Positions 56,192 through 64,000 of a stretch of 64,000 bases of DNA are shown one piece after another. Both the position numbers and the translations under genes were made by a program. Where the stretch lies: IMG/VR virus record IMGVR_UViG_3300046782_000608; one strand, written 5' to 3'. Source of the DNA: a virus. The notes under the pieces were generated by a model. The model ran no database searches. It was not told the DNA's origin and was given only the letters and a program-made list of their open reading frames with translations. The first letter of the stretch is position 1; the number at the start of each line of letters is the position of its first letter.

Positions 56192-56352
56192 TCGGGCGGA
56201 ACTATTGGTTTATCGCGTTCAGCGATCTCGGCTTTCAGTTTATCAATCTCCGTTTGAAGCTGAAAGTTTTGTACCTTCAGATTCACACACATGGCCAACG
56301 CCGCATTACGTTGTTCTTCTAGTGTGGTTATAATTACATCAATTTCCGTCAT
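56188..56352 (-). CDS. 54-aa coiled-coil protein
   Basis: Hand-translated MTEIDVIITTLEEQRNAALAMCVNLKVQNFQLQTEIDKLKAEIAERDKPIVPPE. Confidence 0.55.
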   Translation of the reverse strand: MTEIDVIITTLEEQRNAALAMCVNLKVQNFQLQTEIDKLKAEIAERDKPIVPPE

Positions 56353-56666
56353 GACGTTTTGGTTACCGGTGCTACTGGATCAGCAGCTACGACTGTGGTT
56401 GCACTTGCCGCTTCCACATACACCGCGCGTAAAGCGTCAAATTTACTGAAATCACCAGTCAATGCCGCTTGATGCGCCACCGCCAAATCTTCGTTGTCTT
56501 TCATATCGGCATTTACTTTTGCAACGCCCATAACGAGTTGCGTAACATAGTCCTGGTCGGTTTGCACACTTTGCTCTGCAAGCGGTAGATAGAAATTCGA
56601 CTTTTCGCGAGCATAGGTGATGCCAGCCAAAAGCCGCGGATCATCGATTTCGATTGTGAACTGCAT
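56349..56666 (-). CDS. putative fibre assembly chaperone
   Basis: Start trimmed to MQFTIEI; directly after the long fibre gene. Confidence 0.5.
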   Translation of the reverse strand: MQFTIEIDDPRLLAGITYAREKSNFYLPLAEQSVQTDQDYVTQLVMGVAKVNADMKDNEDLAVAHQAALTGDFSKFDALRAVYVEAASATTVVAADPVAPVTKTS

Positions 56667-56668
56667 TT

Positions 56669-59600
56669 TCAAGCTCCTGCTACTCGCCATTGTGCCGCAA
56701 ATCCGTTGTACCAAGCCAGAACATGATTGCTACCGCCACCAGCCGTAATGTTTGCTCCCCAAACAGCGGTGTTAGCATCATAAAACATGCACATCATACC
56801 GTCTACACCAGTAGGACGACTCGCGAAAGCGATCGGGGTTATAACTACCGATTTGTTTAAATTAACCGAGTCTGCATATACGCCATTCAAAACAGTAAGA
56901 GTGCCGGTCCCTCCGGGTGAAACGCCAGAACCAATAGCTACGCGGTCATCAAAATGAACGGTCCCAGCGTTAGTCCAAATCGCATAATCGTTCCCGCCAC
57001 CAGCCGCGGTTTGGCTCGCTACATAAAGCGCGATATTTGTTCCGATCACTCCGCCGCCTGTCTTTCCTGCGGAGTCGATATAAACACCGTAGCCGCTGTT
57101 TAATGTGCCCGAATGCCCATAAGTGTACTGGTGATAAGACGCTATAAGGTTCTGTACGTTTACATTGCCGCCTACAGTGCTGGCTTTCGTAACAGAGGCG
57201 GCGATTGATCCGGTAGTGTTGTTTGATGTCGGCGTATATGAAAATGTAGTTGTAAACGAAGTGGTCAAAGCGGATAGCGTTGGGCTACTGGAAACCCCCG
57301 TAGCTGAAAAATTCGATGATTGGCCCCCAACAATTAAAGGCGTGGTTATCGTGGGCGAACTATCGAAAACAAGCTTGCCAGTGCCAGTCGCTCCGGTACT
57401 AGTAACACCCTCAACCGTTAGATGGCCACTTAAATTCGTGGCACCACTTACAGTGAAATCAACGGTGCTGCCGCCACCTATATAAACTCGCTGGTTTGAT
57501 GTCCCGGTACCATATGGAAAAATGTATTGATTTGCACCATCGTTATACAGCGCTTGCTTTTGCGTTGCCCCGCCAACATACATATACAGAACATCAACAG
57601 CCATCCCAAAATATGTTGAAGCTCCGTTAACACTCCCGAAAGTATGCAAGGTATTACGATAATAATTTTGCTGGTCGCCTGCCCCGCCAAGGTATATTGC
57701 AACGTGGCCAGCATCGTCCCAAAGACGGGTGTAGCCGCTACCATTATCAACGACAACTTTATTGTTTGACGAATATGATCCCAACACACCAATATTGCCG
57801 CTAGTATCTACCCCCAACTTATTACCTGTCGAACCTGTAGACGTGTTTGCTGTGGCCAGACGGAAAATTCCGCTTTGCGAAAACGCCAGCCAGCCGCCGT
57901 CTGTTGTGTCTACAAGAGCAAGCAGTGGAGAACTCGAAGCCGATGTAATAATTGCAACTTCGTTGGGTACTTGTAAAGTACCCAATAATAGAGTATTTTT
58001 ACTAGCGTTAATCGAGAGTGCATCGGCCCCGGCGATTTGAAGTGTAACCGTCGAGCCGTTGATCCCAATATCTTTGTAAGCACCGGTGCCAGTATAATCC
58101 ACTCCTTCGATCTTTACACCGTTTGTTGAATTGGTTAAACGAAAAGTTGCATTGCTGGCATTATCGCTTGGGTTTATCAAAAGTCCAGTTGCGCCAGCCC
58201 CAGCCGCAACCTTTGGATATGCAGATGCTCCGAAAAGACTAACTGCATAAGTATTACCTGAAGACACATGCAAACCAGAAGCATCGAATTTTCCAACATG
58301 AACTGTCGAGCTAGATCCAACGTCAAATCCTATATAATTACCAGTATCGACCTGTATGAACAGTGGAGTATCATTGGTATATAGATAACCAGCGAGATTG
58401 TCAGACCCCATAGCCATGTAACGCGCAGAGGATGTTGGATAATCTCCATAGACAGCGATTTCGTTGTAGACGGACTTGAGCGAGGCTATACCCTGATAAC
58501 TGGCATTCGGGTTGGCCGATCCATCATAGCTTTGAGCAATAACTCCGGTCGTAATAAGACTGCCACTGAACTTGCCCGTGCCGGTCACGTCGAGAGTAGC
58601 TGACGGGTTGATCGAGGTGCTGCCGATCCCGACATTACCACCAAGTGGATTTATTAGTAGTCTACTTGGACTTCCACCAGCGGTATCTTGGATGACGCCA
58701 GTATATCCATAAGTGCTATCGTTGTAGTAACCCAACGAGAGCCGGTAAGCCGTATTGTCTGTTGCCTCACCTATCTGGACCTGCTTTGCAGTCGCAGCGG
58801 TCGTGGGGGTTGTCGCCGAATAGAAAACAGAGTTATTGCTATTGACAAGTATATCGCCCGAAGTGCTGATCGAAAATTTGGATGCGCTAGAGATTTGAAA
58901 GTCGAGACTGCTGCCGCCAATAATTAAAGGTTGATAACTTAACGCTCCGGTATTATCTACACCTTCAATATAAGCGCTACCGCTCGCTGTGGTCCACATA
59001 CGAATGGCTCTATTAGAGCCGTGTATTAATGCAGAAGTTGTAACACCATCTGTTGCAGCAATATCAAGACTTCCTGCCACATGCAAGCCAGCAGCATCAA
59101 ACCTTCCGATCTCAGTACTAAATCCAATGTCAAATGCTATAAAGTTCCCGGTATTGACCTGCAAACGAAGCTGACTACTATTGCTATATAAATAACCAGC
59201 GCCATCTTGATGCCCTATGGCTGTAAAGTCTGTGCTGCTGGTCGGGTAGTTTCCATAAACGGCTATCTCGTTGTAGACGGAATTGAGCGAAGCAATACCT
59301 TGAGTGTTGCCAGCATTTGGATTAACCGATCCATCATAACTTTGAGAAATAGCTCCGGTCGCAATCGTCGTACCGCTTAGCGTCAACGAGTTTATAGTAG
59401 CAGCGGTCCCGCCCAACGAAACAGTAGTCGAGCCAATTGTCAACGACGAATTAGTTAGCGAGAATTGGTTTCCCGTCAACGTTAAACCAGCACCAGCCGA
59501 ATAGGTGCCCGCTCCCGAAATCTGCGCGAAAGTCAACGCGGTAGTTCCAAGTGTAATACTAACGGTTGAGCAGGTCCATTGAGTGTTAGCGTTAACCGTG

Positions 59601-60700
59601 CCTTGTTGAACAAATAAAGTTGCTTGAGTAATCTCGGGTGCAGTGTCGGCATCGGTTGATCTAGTCCAAGCACCAGCCGCCGAGACATAAATACCATTCT
59701 GTGAGCCGGTGGTTTGATTTTTAACTAAAACTCGTGAAGCAGAAGTCAACACCCCATCGATCGTCTTTTCACCAGATAATGTTATATTCGCGGTGGTTGC
59801 AACTACGACCGGCAGTTTCCACTTCAAACCCGTACTAAAATTATCAACATAAGATTTGATTGCGCTCTGGGCAGGAACCAACGTTGCACTATTTGCGGCA
59901 AGTGTAGCATCAGTATCTATAACAGATGCAAGAAGGATCGCACCGGTTCCACTAACACCATTCGACAGATCGCTCGCCGCCAACGCTGACGAACCACCCA
60001 GGGATATCGCGTGGCCGGCTACCGTTACTGACGAATTAGCCAGCATCGTATTAGTAACAGACCCAGTATCGCCAGAAGAGATTAAGTTAAACGAACCTGC
60101 CGCTACATTCGGCAACTGAAAACTGGGTCTATTTGAATTAGGTATAGTTGTAATGATTTGTGCATAATGATTAGCAACGCCATCGCCCGAAAGAATTCTT
60201 ATACCACCTGGCGCAGATGCTGAACCGGCGGCTATAAGACCACCACTCGCGAAAATTGACCCATTTACTATAAGATTATTGGAAGTACCACTACCAATCG
60301 TAACCGTCGTGCCATCGTCAGTAATTAAACTATCAACTAGCCCAACAGCGCCGCTTGCTTTTGGAACTTGATTTAACGTCATCCCACCGGATAACGTCGT
60401 ATTTTCTGCAAGTGGTGTAAAGATAATCTGCGCGCTACCGGACAAGCTAATCGGCGTACCAACACCAGCCGTTGAAAGAAATACCGTGGTGCGAGTTAGT
60501 GTTGGTCCCGTTGAACTATAAGTTCCGCGCCCCGTCTCGCTGTTTGCACCGTCCTGGATTGAATAAGTTCCAACATCCCCATTAACTGCACCGGCACCAG
60601 CAGGCGTAAAAAACCCAACAACCGCTGCACCAATAGCAATCGCGCCGGTTCCCGTCGTTGCTGTCGTAAACCGGCAGAGATTAAAGGACTTATCGGCCAT
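56669..60700 (-). CDS. long fibre protein (1343 aa)
   Basis: TTATTGTG N-terminal domain, VVVATTANI...QNGIY...W.R..D module, GNVGIG fibre repeats, internal duplication. Confidence 0.85.
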   Translation of the reverse strand: MADKSFNLCRFTTATTGTGAIAIGAAVVGFFTPAGAGAVNGDVGTYSIQDGANSETGRGTYSSTGPTLTRTTVFLSTAGVGTPISLSGSAQIIFTPLAENTTLSGGMTLNQVPKASGAVGLVDSLITDDGTTVTIGSGTSNNLIVNGSIFASGGLIAAGSASAPGGIRILSGDGVANHYAQIITTIPNSNRPSFQLPNVAAGSFNLISSGDTGSVTNTMLANSSVTVAGHAISLGGSSALAASDLSNGVSGTGAILLASVIDTDATLAANSATLVPAQSAIKSYVDNFSTGLKWKLPVVVATTANITLSGEKTIDGVLTSASRVLVKNQTTGSQNGIYVSAAGAWTRSTDADTAPEITQATLFVQQGTVNANTQWTCSTVSITLGTTALTFAQISGAGTYSAGAGLTLTGNQFSLTNSSLTIGSTTVSLGGTAATINSLTLSGTTIATGAISQSYDGSVNPNAGNTQGIASLNSVYNEIAVYGNYPTSSTDFTAIGHQDGAGYLYSNSSQLRLQVNTGNFIAFDIGFSTEIGRFDAAGLHVAGSLDIAATDGVTTSALIHGSNRAIRMWTTASGSAYIEGVDNTGALSYQPLIIGGSSLDFQISSASKFSISTSGDILVNSNNSVFYSATTPTTAATAKQVQIGEATDNTAYRLSLGYYNDSTYGYTGVIQDTAGGSPSRLLINPLGGNVGIGSTSINPSATLDVTGTGKFSGSLITTGVIAQSYDGSANPNASYQGIASLKSVYNEIAVYGDYPTSSARYMAMGSDNLAGYLYTNDTPLFIQVDTGNYIGFDVGSSSTVHVGKFDASGLHVSSGNTYAVSLFGASAYPKVAAGAGATGLLINPSDNASNATFRLTNSTNGVKIEGVDYTGTGAYKDIGINGSTVTLQIAGADALSINASKNTLLLGTLQVPNEVAIITSASSSPLLALVDTTDGGWLAFSQSGIFRLATANTSTGSTGNKLGVDTSGNIGVLGSYSSNNKVVVDNGSGYTRLWDDAGHVAIYLGGAGDQQNYYRNTLHTFGSVNGASTYFGMAVDVLYMYVGGATQKQALYNDGANQYIFPYGTGTSNQRVYIGGGSTVDFTVSGATNLSGHLTVEGVTSTGATGTGKLVFDSSPTITTPLIVGGQSSNFSATGVSSSPTLSALTTSFTTTFSYTPTSNNTTGSIAASVTKASTVGGNVNVQNLIASYHQYTYGHSGTLNSGYGVYIDSAGKTGGGVIGTNIALYVASQTAAGGGNDYAIWTNAGTVHFDDRVAIGSGVSPGGTGTLTVLNGVYADSVNLNKSVVITPIAFASRPTGVDGMMCMFYDANTAVWGANITAGGGSNHVLAWYNGFAAQWRVAGA

Positions 60701-60703
60701 AAG

Positions 60704-61144
60704 TTAATCCTCAGTAACCAAACCGGCCGCAGTTGTCAACTGGGGAGTAACCCCGTTCCCAGTTACGATATTTGGTGTCACGGTTCCCGAATATAACAAA
60801 ACACCAGCACCGCTCAATGCCGTACCAATTCCAAAATGAGTAACAGTCCCAGAGCCACCAGTACCAGCAGGAAAATTAACCGCTGAGGTCAAATTAACAC
60901 TATTCCCACTTACCGTAAACCCAGATCCCGATCGGGCTACCGGAACTCGTGCATAACTCGTATAGGCCGCTTCGTTTGTAGTTTGATCTCCCGCTTCACC
61001 AGGATCAGCAGTATGCAATGACAAATACAAACTTCCCGCAACAGTGCTTCCCCGCAACCCCGTCGCATCGCCGATATTAGCTGCATTCGTATTATTAAAC
61101 AAAAGTAACAGAAGAGCATTTTCCCAAGAATTTGACTTACTCAT
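60704..61144 (-). CDS. small virion protein
   Basis: YLSLHTADPGE.G.Q..NE..Y..YAR...FP...G.VTH pattern. Confidence 0.7.
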   Translation of the reverse strand: MSKSNSWENALLLLLFNNTNAANIGDATGLRGSTVAGSLYLSLHTADPGEAGDQTTNEAAYTSYARVPVARSGSGFTVSGNSVNLTSAVNFPAGTGGSGTVTHFGIGTALSGAGVLLYSGTVTPNIVTGNGVTPQLTTAAGLVTED

Positions 61145-61147
61145 TCC

Positions 61148-61561
61148 CTAGCTCCCATTCTGGAAACGTAACGTTGAAGTGTTGAGTAGGAATTGCCCAT
61201 TAATAGAAACCACATCGCGACCAAAATCCACAAACGCAACTAATTCGTCCAACATAGCCAAACTATCATGCGACCTATAATAAACCGCGCCCGCACCTGT
61301 TATTGTAGACAACGACCAAGCAACCAATCCAAATAAAACCTCCAAATTATTATTCTTCTTAACCGACACTGGAACCAACAACCCGCCCGGCTTATAACCA
61401 ATACCAGATACTTCATAACTAATATTCGATCGCCGACTATGGGCTTCTTTATTCGGTACATAGTTGGAAGTCACCAGCATCACCTTAAACGCATCTTTAG
61501 TAAAATCAACATTCCCGCCAAGGGTGTCTTCAAGTATGGAATTATAGATCACTGATGGCAT
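61148..61561 (-). CDS. small virion protein
   Basis: FKVMLV..Y......H...EVSG.GY..GG...A.GAV.Y pattern; related to 41316..41726. Confidence 0.7.
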   Translation of the reverse strand: MPSVIYNSILEDTLGGNVDFTKDAFKVMLVTSNYVPNKEAHSRRSNISYEVSGIGYKPGGLLVPVSVKKNNNLEVLFGLVAWSLSTITGAGAVYYRSHDSLAMLDELVAFVDFGRDVVSINGQFLLNTSTLRFQNGS

Positions 61562-62671
<1,110 letters not shown>

Positions 62672-64000
62672 CTACAAGGGAATTGTTTGTAGTTTGATCT
62701 GGATTTGGAACAGAACTTGGGGCCGGATTTGGGTCCGAAGTCGAATTCGGGGCCGGGTTTGGCGGCGAACCTTTACTAAACGGATCAGCCGATTGATCCC
62801 GCTTTGCAAGGGCTGCAAGACTATAATTCTGTTGCTGCAAGTAAAGGGCATCGCCGCCAGTTTTCGGCGCAAGCCCAATTCTTCCTCTTGCTTCATTCGG
62901 TTCAATAATCGCCGAACTAACCCCATCGCTAAGATACTTCATCATCGTTGCTGCGTCCATACGCAGCAAACCATCCAAATCAAACTCAACAGTCCAGTCA
63001 TTCGGTAAATTCAATCCTTCATCGAGGCACAACTCAATTGCTTCAATGTGGATTTGCAAACAAGATTGGTAGTATTGAGTTTCCAGCGCGTCGATATTGG
63101 TATTTGTTGGAAGCGCGCCGACCCCCGCTTTATAGGCTGGAACCCCATAACTAGCGGCAATTGTTTCCGCAGTCCATTTCAATTGATCTATCAATTGTGC
63201 ATCAATCGGCGTAACTGACATCGGGTTATAAGTAAGCCCATCCCCCAGAACCGCCACAAATCCAACGTTACTTCCCGTGAACCGTTGTTGCCAATCAGCC
63301 TTAAGCCGTTCAGCGGTATCGTTGTCGATTTTTCCAGGGGCCGTCAAAATCCCCCCAGGATTTGCCCCGTTTCTAAAGAATTGTGCCGAATGCTCCTGGA
63401 TTCGAAGCCCTTGGGTTGCAACCAATCCATTTGCAACAATCGGACCCAAGCCACAAAGAGGATGAAAGAAACAATTCCAACGATCGTGGATGATTTCGCT
63501 CGCCGGCACATTTACGTTTTCTAAAATCCCCGCCAAGTTATCGGTATGAAGTTCATAGAAAACATCCCCACTATCCGCAACGAGCGGGCGAACCCGGCGG
63601 GGATCGAGAATATACAAACCAACAACAACATTGCGATTGTCACGTTCTTTTAGAATATACGTATTCCCCGCGTTCAGTTTACTATTCAACCAATTCTCGA
63701 AGAACTGAATTCTATTTTGAAAATGGTTTGGTTTTGATAAAACTGGCGACCAAGCGGGGTTCGATGCTTCTTCCCAAATATTAGCATCCGAAGTTTGCGT
63801 CATCAGCTTCATTCGCATCTTGGCAATATCGGAGCAAATCAAACTTATGCACCGAAAAACCGTTACATTCATAACGACATGATCGGCGCGAACTTCCAAG
63901 TTCCGTTGCCAAGCCCCAGCAAAAGGTTCTCGGATCAACGGCCACCAGCCACCACTACCCGCGCCATAGCCAACAATATTACTTGCGACCATTGGCGCGA

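Overview
The whole window is part of a tailed dsDNA phage genome (long-tailed, HK97-type portal), probably infecting an alphaproteobacterium (host is inferred from gene families). No integrase, repressor, terminase, capsid, endolysin, tRNA or CRISPR array is recognisable, so the genome extends beyond the window. Layout: (i) 0.2-3.5 kb, small minus-strand unit (SprT-like protease, DUF6362-like regulator, PD-(D/E)XK nuclease, HTH); (ii) 3.5-4.95 kb, non-coding divergent control/origin-like region with ACTACA repeats, eight GTCAGAACAATG-type repeats and a 58-bp-arm inverted repeat; (iii) 4.96-40.66 kb, plus-strand early and replication genes (MazG-like, MoxR AAA+ and VWA-like partner, NDT-family enzyme, HIRAN, HNH, RecB-like nuclease, AAA_24 ATPase, SSB-like, a split PolA, NADAR, dCTP deaminase, Tad1-like, DUF3987 NTPase, Acb1-like, WYL, dNMP kinase, ThyX, class II RNR, prim-pol); (iv) 40.7-64 kb, minus-strand virion genes from portal to tail tip, fibres and a holin candidate. 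Most unusual signals: five unrelated early proteins ending in (L/M)DLDL-stop with different codons (candidate shared docking tag); a strand-polarised 11-mer TCAGAACAATG (16 exact copies found by eye) that supplies the start codon of several AT-rich accessory genes; three anti-defence candidates (Tad1-like, Acb1-like, NADAR) inside the replication module; and a PolA split within its exonuclease domain with His at the 762-equivalent position. All counts are by hand and all family calls come from motif recognition, not database searches.
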